Assembly (NCBI RefSeq): GCF_004010195.1
Contig: NC_057718.1
Location: 28,090,192 to 28,110,191 of the forward strand
Reading direction: 5' to 3'
From: Chiloscyllium plagiosum
Taxonomy: Eukaryota
DNA: 20,000 nt
Every line of letters begins with the position of its first letter. Within the stretch, counting starts at the first letter, position 1. A program made the position numbers and the translations under genes. Below are positions 1 through 9,090 of the stretch, piece by piece. A model generated the notes under the pieces. That model did no database searches and had not been told where the DNA came from. It saw only the letters and a list, made by a program, of their open reading frames with translations.

Positions 1-107
1 GTGTTTCAAGGTGGAAGAAGAAGCTGATTGGTTGCACCCTGCGCACCAGTTTGGAGAAAGGTGAACTCGTGTATACATTGCAATGCCCTGCCCAAAGACT
101 GAGCCAT

Positions 108-808
108 GGAAATATTACAGCACATTTAGCCTATTCTGTTAGACCCTGCTGAACAGACCAGCCCATTCTAATCTTCCTATCCAGCACTTGGTTCATAGCC
201 TTAGGGGATTACAGCACTTAAGTGCAAATCCAGAGTTTCCACCTCGATCACCAAACCTACCACTCTCTATTTAAAAGATGTTTTTCCTTATAGCGTTACA
301 TAGAAAATAGGAGTAGGCCATTTGACCATTCGAGCCTCCTCCAATTTGATCGTGGCTGATCATTTGACTTGATAACCCCTGTTCCGGTTTTCTCTTCATA
401 GTCGTATGATTCCATTAGCCTAACTCTTTCTTGAAAATCTTTGGCATCAAACACTTTCTGTGGCAGAGAATTTCACTGGATCACCACTGTCTCAGTCCTG
501 CGTTTTCCCATCCTAGTCCTGTTAGAATTTTATAGGTTATTATGAGATCCCCCTTATTTCTTTAGTCCTAACCAATCCAGTCTTTCTTCGTACTCTAGTG
601 CTGCCAAGAATCAGTATGGTAAACATTTGTTGCACTCACTCAATAGCCAGAATTTCTTTCCTCAGATAAGGAGACCTTATCTCCTCATGCCCCCTCTGAT
701 CCTTCTCCTCATCATTTTACATTGCATTGCCTGTTAATTGACCTCACTACGAGAGGAAACAGATCTTCCCTGTCCACTCTGTCCAAGCCTCTCATTATTT
801 TGTACACA
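108..808 (-). mobile_element. Two nested, highly decayed CR1-type LINE 3' fragments (second one ~296-678 inside the first)
   Basis: Degenerate CR1 3'-end signatures on the minus strand (acatagaaaataggagtaggccatttgaccattcgagcct at ~298; ccactctgtccaagcctctcattattttgtacac at ~773-808). Boundaries approximate. Confidence 0.55.
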
Positions 809-1335
809 TTGGTTCTTGCCTTTATCCGTTCTGGCATAGATTGTAAGAACAGGGGCTGTACAAAATTTTGGTTAGGCCACAGCTGTTGTATTGTGTGCAG
901 TGCTGGTCATCACATATATGAAGGAAGTGATTGCATTGGAGGGGTTCCCCTTGGTGACAACAGCGGCATAATTTTAATGTCTGGAAAAGCACACCCGTCA
1001 GGCAGCATCTGAGGAGCAGGAGAGTCGACGTATTGAGCATAAGCTGTTCATCAGGAATTTTAAGGTGAAAGGCAAGAGGTTTAGAGGGGACTTGAGAGAA
1101 AATATTTTTGCCCAGAGAGTGGTGGGAATCTGGAATGCACTGCCTGGGAGAACAGGAGAGACAGGAAACCTCACCACCTTTTAAAAGGACCTGGATGAGC
1201 ACTTAAAAAGTCAGAACATTCCAGGCTATGGACCATGTGCTTTAAAGTGGGACTAGTGCAGATTAAGAGTGATTTCGTTTGTGAGGATCAATGAGCCAAA
1301 GGACCTCTTTTTGCACTGGATGATTCCATGATTGA
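809..1335 (+). mobile_element. Decayed, internally deleted CR1 LINE ORF2 C-terminus and 3' end
   Basis: Translates in pieces to LYKILVRPQLLYCVQ and FKVKGKRFRGDLR...QRVVGIWNALP, matching the CR1 C-terminus in ORF 4793..5476. Interrupted at 981-1055. Confidence 0.7.
981..1055 (-). mobile_element. Short Penelope-derived insertion with a decayed hammerhead motif (family A)
   Basis: Minus strand reads cCTGATGAacagcttatgctcaataCGTCgac (GAAA box mutated). Tail similar to 13336-13429 and 17118-17292. Flanked by direct repeat AATTTTAA(t/g)GT at 970-980 and 1056-1066. Confidence 0.75.
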
Positions 1336-1508
1336 TTAAGTTAAGCTGATTCCTTGGCTCAATGTGTTAGTGGCTCATCCTGAGTGGTTTCCCCTAGCAG
1401 TTTATTTTCTGTCAGAGGCACGTCCCATGTTTCCCTCAGCCCTAACAGCAGCGTCATTCTGACCCTCACACTTGCCATCTAACCAGCTTATTAATTATAC
1501 AATCTATA

Positions 1509-1680
1509 AGGGGGAACCGGTCAGCTCAGTTGGTTCTGTGGTTGGCATGTGGTTCAGAATACTCAGTTCAGTTCCTGTTCAAGCTGAATTTAAAAGGGGC
1601 CCTCCTCCTCACTCTGCCCAGGGAAGTGGAGGGTAATGGTAACTCACAGCTAACAGCATCAGCACTTAATGAATGAAGTT
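1509..1680 (+). mobile_element. Old tRNA-derived SINE remnant
   Basis: tRNA-like head ggggaaccggtcagctcagttgg (A-box-like AGCTCAGTTGG) and B-box-like gttcagttcc at ~1566-1575. Heavily decayed; 3' boundary uncertain. Confidence 0.4.
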
Positions 1681-1840
1681 CCAGGCAAAGTACACGTACA
1701 GAATGGATGTATACATGATTTCTGGATCCTACAATCCATTCTGAAGAGCCCATGGTGGAGCTTTGAAACAAAGTTCCCTCCATGGTTTGCCTCTTTTAAG
1801 TTTTTGCCCTAGGTTCCCCAGCATTATCAATGTGAATCAG

Positions 1841-2022
1841 TGCCACAGGTCATGGTACCCCTTTTGAAGAAGAATGCTAAGACAATATCCTGGCTGATGG
1901 ATAAAAAGAGGAATGTCAGACATTTTGACACTCTTGACAGCTGGACCAGTGTGAAGGACTTTTGACGTGTTAATAAAAGGGTGACTTGGTGATGGGATAC
2001 CAGCCTCTCTAGAGTTATTCCA
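1841..2022 (+). mobile_element. Putative 5' LTR of a Gypsy-type retrotransposon
   Basis: TG...CA-bounded segment with TATA-like GATAAAAAG (~1900) and AATAAA (1972-1977), followed directly by a PBS-like motif and gag. Left boundary is a guess; no 3' LTR in the window. Confidence 0.5.
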
Positions 2023-2023
2023 G

Positions 2024-2034
2024 TGGCAATGAGG
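2024..2034 (+). promoter_or_regulatory. Primer binding site of the Gypsy element (CpG-decayed)
   Basis: TGGCAATGAGG one base after the LTR-terminal CA; differs from the common Gypsy PBS TGGCGACGAGG by two CpG-type transitions. Confidence 0.55.
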
Positions 2035-2103
2035 GTAAAGCACGTTCCTGAAGCAACTTGTTTGCAACAGTCATCTTTGAGTTGAGGAAAGCATTTCTGG
2101 CAT

Positions 2104-3085
2104 CATGTGTTATTTGGGAAGCTTGACTTGTTCAATCCTGCCATTGAAGACTGGGCCCAGTATGTGGAAAGAATGCATTAGTTTTTCTGGGCATATGACT
2201 TTGAGGCAGATGAAAAGCAATGAGTAATTCTCCTGACAGCTTGTGGACCCACAGCTTTTTCAGTTATTAGGAGCCTCAGTTTCTCTGAGACACCAGATAC
2301 TAAATCTTCTTAAGAGTTGATGGATTTAGTTAGTGAACATTATGACTCCAAGCCCAAGAGACCTGTGACTTTGGTTTAATCCTTAATGAGATGCTCAGAC
2401 ACCATTTGGTATGTGGGATTAATGATGTAACCATGCAAAAGTGCCTACTAGCTTGAAGCTCAACTGGACTTCAAACAGGCACTGCAACTGGCTTTATCAT
2501 TGGAAAATGCAGCAAGTGGAGCATGTGAGTTGCAGGATGAAAGTGGACAGTGTCACTAGTCTGACTGAGCTTGGGGCACACCACTTGAGTGAATGCAATT
2601 GCATAGCCACACTCAGGACATATCTTAAACAGAGGGAGTCTAGGTCAGAACACAGTAAAACCCCAAACAAAACCAAGCCGCAGATAAATGGTTAAAATTT
2701 TTTACAGGATCAGGACTGGCAAGCCATTGTAATTACTGCTGATATGTGGATTCGAGACAAGGAGCATAGAAGTACTAGTTGACCTAAATTGAATAAGAGA
2801 ACCCAGAGGCCAATATGCAGGAGAGTTCACACCCTGGAAAGTCCACTTACATCTGGTGTGGAACAGTTACATTGCTTAGCAACATCCAAATCAGAACTAA
2901 TCAAAATAAACATCTGGTTAAATGGTCACCTGGTTCTAATGGAGGTTGATACCGGCTCTGACATTTCAGTGATCACAGAACCAGACTTTGACAAAATTCG
3001 CCCTGGACTCCAACCCTACTTTTCTGCAGGACTTTGGTTTGGTTGAGAACCTGTACCAGGGAGCTTTAACAGATTAATGGTACAA
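2104..3085 (+). pseudogene. Decayed Gypsy gag + aspartic protease remnant
   Basis: Pieces read LFGKLDLFNPAIEDWAQYVERM, VILLTACGPTAFSVIRSL, DHLVCGINDVTMQKCLL, LDFKQALQLALSLENAA, then IKINIWLNGHLVLMEVDTGSDISVI (DTGS at 2948-2959). Multiple stops and frameshifts; no RT or integrase. Confidence 0.85.
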
Positions 3086-3224
3086 TGCTGAGAAAGCAAG
3101 TTGTGAAGAGGACACAAAGAGTTTGCAAAGGTAAAAACATAGGTTAAGGGAGTGCACTAAATTTAGTAGTCAGAAAATATTTAGTTCTTCACCTTTTTAG
3201 GGGGGGATGACAAAAAATGACAAA

Positions 3225-3403
3225 AAAAATCATACAACATCAGGTTATAGTCCAACAGGTTTAATTGGAAGCACTAGCTCCTTCATCAGGTATAACCGCC
3301 TGATGAAGGAGCAACACTCCGAAATCTAGTGCTTCCAATTAAACCTGTTGGACTATAACCTGGTGTTGTGTGATTTTTAACTTTGTACACCTCAGTCCAA
3401 ATC
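3225..3403. mobile_element. Fold-back (palindromic) Penelope-end insertion with hammerhead motif (family B)
   Basis: 3225-3290 is the reverse complement of 3299-3378 apart from a deletion in the left arm and a few mismatches. Right arm matches 16179-16300. ATGACAAAAAAAA on both sides (3217-3229, 3404-3416). Confidence 0.88.
3297..3331 (+). ncRNA. Minimal hammerhead ribozyme motif (family B)
   Basis: cgc-CTGATGA(3300-3306)-A-GGAG-caaca-CTCC-GAAA(3321-3324)-TC-TA-gtg. Core boxes and stem II intact; the AGCT palindrome is altered to ATCT. Confidence 0.7.
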
Positions 3404-3462
3404 ATGACAAAAAAAAAGAGAATGTTTCAATGTAGGGAGACTGCAGAATACTGCTGTATAGG

Positions 3463-3655
3463 TAGAACAGTACAGCATAGAAACAGGCCCTTCGGTCCAC
3501 CACATCTGTGCCGACCATCATGCCATTTCTAAACTAACTCTATCTGCCTACACACAGTTTGTATTCCTTTATTCCCTGCCTGTTCATGTGTCGGTCTAAA
3601 TACCTCTTTAATGTTGCTGTCATCTCTGTTTCTGCCATTTCCCTGGGGGAAGCAT
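3463..3655 (-). mobile_element. Short CR1 3'-end fragment
   Basis: tagaacagtacagcatagaaacaggcccttcggtccacc... is similar to the CR1 3' UTR at 4679-4860. Confidence 0.7.
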
Positions 3656-3934
3656 GGTGCAGACATCTGTGTTTGCTTGCAATGAATCACTGAAGGCTAG
3701 CAATGAAGGTTCAACAAATATTTAAAATAGCAAATTGAACATTGGCCTTTATTTTCAATGGAATGGAGTATAAAATTGGGGAAGGCTTGTTATAACTGTA
3801 CAAGTCATTGATGAGAACAAACCTTGAGTATTATGCACTATTTTGGTCTCCTTATTTTAAGATGGGACATACATACATTAGAAGCAGTTCAGGAAAGATT
3901 TTATGGTCTTGATTCCTGAGATGAAAGGACTGTC

Positions 3935-4196
3935 ATTGTCATTTTTGTTAATGGGTTGCAAATATTGCTGGCTGGCCCAACATTTATTGTCCATCCCTGA
4001 TTGCCATGGAATGGAGTGGCCTTCCAGGCAATTTCAGAGCACAGTTGAGTCAACCATATTGCTGTCAGTCTTGAGTCTTGTGCAGGCCAGACCAGGTAAG
4101 GATAATAGATTTCTTACCCTAAAGGACATTAGTGAACCAGATGGGTTTTTATGATAATTGGTAGTGGTCCCATGGTTGCCATGAAGACAGTTTTTT
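3935..4196 (-). mobile_element. Deu-domain SINE fragment (SacSINE1/AmnSINE1-like), 5'-truncated
   Basis: Minus strand contains aaaaacccatctggttcactaatgtcctttagggtaagaaatct...ccttacctggtctggcct, recognised from recall as a DeuSINE-type conserved region. Splits the host CR1 at ctgtc|tgaggaaagg. Confidence 0.7.
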
Positions 4197-4792
4197 TGAG
4201 GAAAGGTTAAACAGGATGCGCCCATGCTCATTGGAGTGTTGAAGACCGAGAGGCGATCTTATCAAAAGGGTGTAACAAAATAGATACTGAGAGAACATTT
4301 CCCCTTGTGGGGAAGTCTAAAACCAAAGGCATCAGTTGAGAATAAGGGGTCTTCCATTTGGGATGGAGATGGAAAAGAATTTCTTCTCACAGAAGGTGGT
4401 TAATCTTTGGAATTCTCTAACCTAGACAGCAGAGAAGGTTTAATAATTCACATGTATTCAAGACTGGGTAGAGCAGACTTCTGAACTACATGTTGGTCAA
4501 TGGTTAAGGAGTCAGTTAGTGAGACCATACCAAGATCAGTCATAGTTTTATTGAATGCTGCAGATTGAGGCTTGAAGAGCCTAAATCTTATGTTCAGACA
4601 GAATGGACAGTTCCCATTGGTTATTCTGGTTCACTTGCTTGTTAGTGGTTGGCATGGGAAACATAGAGTCATAGAGATGTACAGCACAGAAGCAGTCCCT
4701 TCGGTCCAACCCATCCATGCCGACCAGAAATCCCAACCCAATCTAGTCCCATCTGCCAGCACCCGGCCCATATTCCTCTAAACCCTTCCTAT

Positions 4793-7660
4793 TCATATAC
4801 CCATCCAGATACCTTTTAAAAGTACAATTGTACCAGCCTCCACCACTTCCTCTGGCAGCTCATTACATACATGTACCACCATCTGCATGAAAAAGTTGCC
4901 CCTTAAGTCTCTTTTATATCTTTCTTCTCTCACCCTAAGCCTATACCCTCTAGTTCTGGACTTCCCCACCCCACAGAAAATACTTTGTCTATTTATCCTA
5001 TCCATGCTCCTCATGATTTTATAAACCTTTATAAGGTCACCCCTCAGCCTCCGACGCTCCAGTAAAAACAGCCCTAGCCTATTCAGCCTTTCCCTATAGC
5101 TCAAATCCTCCAACCCTGGCAACATCCCTGTAAATCTTTTCTGAACCCTTTCAAGTTTCACAACATCTTTCCAATAGGAAGGAGACCAGAATTGCACACA
5201 ATATTCCAACAGTGGCCTAACCAATGACCTGTACAGCCGCAACATGACCTCCCAACTCCTGTACTCAATACTCTGACCAATAAATGAAAGCATACCAAAC
5301 GCCTTCTTCACTATCCTATATACCTGCGACTCCACTTTCAAGGAGCTATGAAACTGCACTTCAAGGTCTCTTTGTTCAGCAACACTCCCTAGGACCTTAC
5401 CATTAAGTGTATAAGTCCTGCCGAGATTTGCTTTCCCAAAATGCAGCACCCCACATTTATCTGAATCAAACTCCATCTGCTACTTCTCAGCCCATTAGCC
5501 CATCTGGTCAAGATCCTGTTGGAATCTGAGGTAATCCTCTTTGCTGTCCACTACACCTCCAATTTTGGTGTCAACTGCAAACTTACTAACTACACCTCTT
5601 ACCTTCACAACAAAATCATTTATATAAATGATGAAAAGTAGTGGACCCAGCACCGACCCTTATGGCACTCCACTGGTCACAGGCCTCCAGTCTGAAAAAC
5701 ATTACCACACTCTGTCTTCTACTTCTGAGCCAGTTCTATATCCAAATGGCTAGGTCTCCCTGTATTCCGTGAGATCTAACCTTGCTAACCAGTCTCCCAT
5801 GTCAAATGCCTTAATGCAGTCCATATAGATCACATCCACCACTCTGCCCTCATCAATCCTCTTTGTTACTTCTTCAAAAATCTCAATCAAGTTTGTGAGA
5901 CATGATTTCCCACACACAAAGCCAAGTTGACTATCCCTAATCAGTCCTTGTCTTTCCAAATACATGTACATCCTGTCCCTCATGATTCCGTCCAACAACT
6001 TGCCCACCACTGAGGTCAGGCTCATTGGTCTATAGTTCCCTGGCTTGTCCTTACCACCTTTTTAAAATAGTAGCACCACATTTGCCAACCTCCAGTCTTC
6101 CAGTACCTCACCTGTGACTATCAATGATGCAAATATCTCAGTAAGAGGCCCAGCAATCACTTCTCTAGCTTCCCACAGAGTTCACCGGTACACCTGATCA
6201 GGTCATGGGAATTTATCCACTTTTATGCGTTTCAAGATATCCAGCCCTTCCTCCTCTGTAACATGGACATTTTGCAAGATGTCCCACCATCTATTTCCCT
6301 ACATTCTATATCTTTCATTTCCTTTTCCACTGTAAATTCTGAGACAAAATACTCATTTAGTATCTCCCTCATCTCCTGTGGCTCCACACAAAGGCTGCCT
6401 TGCTGATCTTTGAGGGGCCCTATTCTCTCCCTATTTGTAAAAACCCTTTGGATTCTCCTTAGCCCTATTTGCCAAAGCTATCTCATGTCCCCTTTTGGCC
6501 CTCCTGATTTCCCTCTTAAGTATACTCCTACTGCCTTTATACTCTTCTAAGGATTCACGCCGTCCCTTTACCTGTGAACATCTATCCCCAGTCAGCTTTT
6601 GAAAATTCTTGCCTAATACCGTCAAAATTAGCCTTTCTCCAATTTAGAACTTCAACTTTTAGATTTGGTCTATTTTTTTCCATCACTATTTTAAAACTAA
6701 TAGAATTATGGTCGCTGGCCGCAAAGTGCTCCCCCACTGACGCCTCAGTCACTTGCCCTGCCTTATTACCCAATAGCAGGTCAAATTTTGCACCTTCTCT
6801 GGTAGGTACATCCACATATTGAATCAGAAAATTTTCTTGTACACACTTCACGGTGGCACAGTGGTTAGCACTGCTGCCTCACAGCGCCAGAGACCCGGGT
6901 TCAGTTCCCGCCTCAGGCGACTGACTGTGTGGAGTTTGCACATTCTCCCCGTGTCTGCGTGGGTTTCCTCCGGGTGCTCCGGTTTCCTCCCACAATCCAA
7001 AAATGTGCAGGTTAGGTGAATTGGCCATGCTAAATTGCCCGTAGTGTTAGATGCAGGGGTAAATGTAGGGGTAGGGGTATGGGTGGGTGCGCTTCGGCGG
7101 GTCGGTGTGGACTGGTTGGGCCGAAGGGCCTGTTTCCACACTGTAAGTAATCTAATCTAATCTAATCTTCACAAATTCCTCTCCATCTAAATCTTTAACA
7201 CGATGGCAGTCCCAGTCTATGTTTGGAAAGTTAAAATCCCCTACCATAATCACCCGATTATTCTTACAGATAGCTGAGATCTCCTTACAAATGTTTCTTA
7301 ATTTCCCTCTGTCTATAAGGAGGTCTATAATGCAATCCCAATAAGGTGATCATCCCTTTCTTATTTCTCAGTTCCACCCAAATAATTCCCCTGGATGTAT
7401 TTCTGGGAATATCCTCCCTCAGTACAGCTGTAATGCTAACCCTTATCAAAAATGCCACTCCCCCTCCTCTCTTGCCTCCCTTTCTATCCTTCCTGTAGCA
7501 TTTGTATCCTGGGACATTAAGCTGCCAGTCCTGCCCATCCCTAAGCCATGTTTCTGTAATTGCTATGATATCCCAGTCCCATGTTCCTAATCATGCCCTG
7601 AGTTCATCTGCTTTCCCTGTTAGGCCCCTTGTATTAAAATAAATGCAGTTTAATTTATCA
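4793..7660 (-). pseudogene. CR1 ORF2 (APE endonuclease + reverse transcriptase), disrupted
   Basis: CIYFNTRGL, IIAITETWL and SDHNSI (APE); SLTSVVGKLL, QLGF, DVIYMD and FAVDTK (RT, catalytic ADD changed to AVD); LYRSLVRPLLEYCVQFWSP (C-terminus). Confidence 0.9.
6852..7166 (+). mobile_element. Young tRNA-derived V-SINE (HE1-type)
   Basis: A box TGGCACAGTGG 6854-6864; B box GGTTCAGTTCC 6898-6908; V-domain ctgtgtggagtttgcacattctccccgtgtctgcgtgggtttcctccgggtgctccggtttcctccc; CR1-like 3' end; (TCTAA)n tail; TSD CTTCAC at 6846-6851 and 7167-7172; CpGs retained. Confidence 0.93.
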
Positions 7661-7786
7661 GTCCTGCCTTGTTCTCTGCTTTGTCCCTGCCTGCCCTGAC
7701 TGTTTGACTCACTTCTGTTCTCAGCTGTACCAGTCTCAGATTGATCTCTTTCCTCACTATCTCCCTGGGTCCCACCCCCCACCTTA

Positions 7787-8600
7787 CTAGTTTAAATCTT
7801 CCTGAGCAGCTCTAGCAAATCTCCCTGCCAGTATATTCATCCCCTTCCAATTTAGGTGCAATCCGTCCTTCTTGTACAGGTCGAAAAATGTGAATCCTTC
7901 TTCCATACACCAGCCCCTCAGCCATGCATTCATCTGCTCTATCCTCCTATTCCTCCTATTCCTGCCCTCACTAGCTTGTAGCACCGGGAGTAATCCAAAT
8001 ATTACTACTCTTGAGGACCTCCTTTTTAAATTCCTGCCTAACTCTCTGTAATCTCCCTTCAGAATTTCAGCCTTTTCCCTTCCTATGCCGTTGGTTCCAA
8101 TGTGTACAACAACCTCCTGCTGGCCCCTCTCTCCCTTGAGAACATTCTGCACCCTCTCTGAGACATCCTTGATTCTGGCATCAGGGAACCAACACACCAT
8201 TCTGACTTTTCAGTGCTGGCCACAGAAACATCTGTCTGTACCTCGAACTAGAGAGTCCCCAACACAATTGATCTCTTGAAACCCGATGTATTGCATTCAA
8301 GCCAGTCTCAATACCAAAACCTTGGCTGTTCGTGCTATGTTCCCCTGAGAATGCATCACCCCCTACATTTTCAAAACAGCATACTTGTTTGAAATGGAGA
8401 TAGCCAAAGAAGACTCCTGTACTAACTGCCCACCTCTCATACCTTTCCTGGAGTTAACCCATCTATGTGACTGTATCTGCGACATTTTCCCTCTTCCTAT
8501 AACTGCCGTCCATCACATGCCCTTGCTGTTGTAAATTTCTCATTGCCTCTAACTGTATCTCCAACCAATCCATTCGATCTGATAGGATTCACAACCAACA
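7787..8600 (-). pseudogene. CR1 ORF1 with SGNH esterase-like domain and N-terminal coiled-coil remnant
   Basis: VVVHIGTNGI and KDGLHLN motifs in ORF 7787..8200; ILSDRMDWLEIQLEAMRNLQQQ upstream (~8520-8590). Confidence 0.85.
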
Positions 8601-9090
8601 AATGGCATTTTCCAAATACATTGCCATTGGTGAGTTGTCACTTGCATCTGTTGTTAAAATCATTTTCCATGAAGTTAATCTCTAGAAACTCAAGTGCTGT
8701 CACCATTTAATTTGCTGTTAAACTTCCAAAAATAAGATTGTGAATTCCTGTCTTCAAAGTAACAAGAATCATGCTCCATTTCTGTCAGTGTAGTTGACTT
8801 TACGACTAGTTCCCTATAGAGGGCGCTATGGTTAAGGAAATTGCCTTTTGTCATGGAGCAGCATTTAACAGCAATCTAAGTTGAAATTTTGGTTCCTATG
8901 GGAACAACTCCTTTAACTCCTTGCTGCAATTTTTAAAGTTATTTGCTTTAGATAATTTTTCAACATTGACCATTTTGTCCAATAGCTGACACCTACAGCA
9001 GCTCTGTTTCTGTAATTGCATTCCACAAGAAACAAATAGTGAAACAGGGTTATAAGTTGCTTAACTCGAAAGTACCTACACATAGACTAC

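Larger units (their letters stand above)
3086..4596 (+). mobile_element. Old CR1 LINE 3' portion, interrupted by three later insertions
   Basis: Fragments such as SCEEDTKSLQR, LYKSLMRT, EERLNR, FSQKVVNLWNSL in collinear order. Interrupted at ~3217-3417, ~3463-3655 and 3935-4196. Confidence 0.7.
4662..8600 (-). mobile_element. Near full-length but defective CR1 (HER1-like) LINE
   Basis: Order ORF1 - APE endonuclease - RT - C-terminus - 3' UTR ending in CTCTATGACTCTATG (4662-4676). Internal deletions (e.g. near 6558), stops and frameshifts; SINE inserted at 6852-7166. Confidence 0.93.

Noticed and set aside
1..66. Possible host exon ending AAG|GTGAAC
   Set aside because: Weak donor, no visible acceptor, unrecognised peptide; more likely repeat-derived.
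4793..5476. 227-aa ORF as a functional or domesticated gene
   Set aside because: It is the C-terminus of CR1 ORF2; the upstream RT is frameshifted and its catalytic motif is mutated.
6852..6920. tRNA gene
   Set aside because: It is the tRNA-derived head of a SINE, continuing into a V-domain and LINE-like tail with a TSD.
8600..9070. Unique AT-rich stretch with GTGAGT at 8630 as a possible exon
   Set aside because: No convincing acceptor-ORF-donor combination. A small exon cannot be fully excluded without RNA data.
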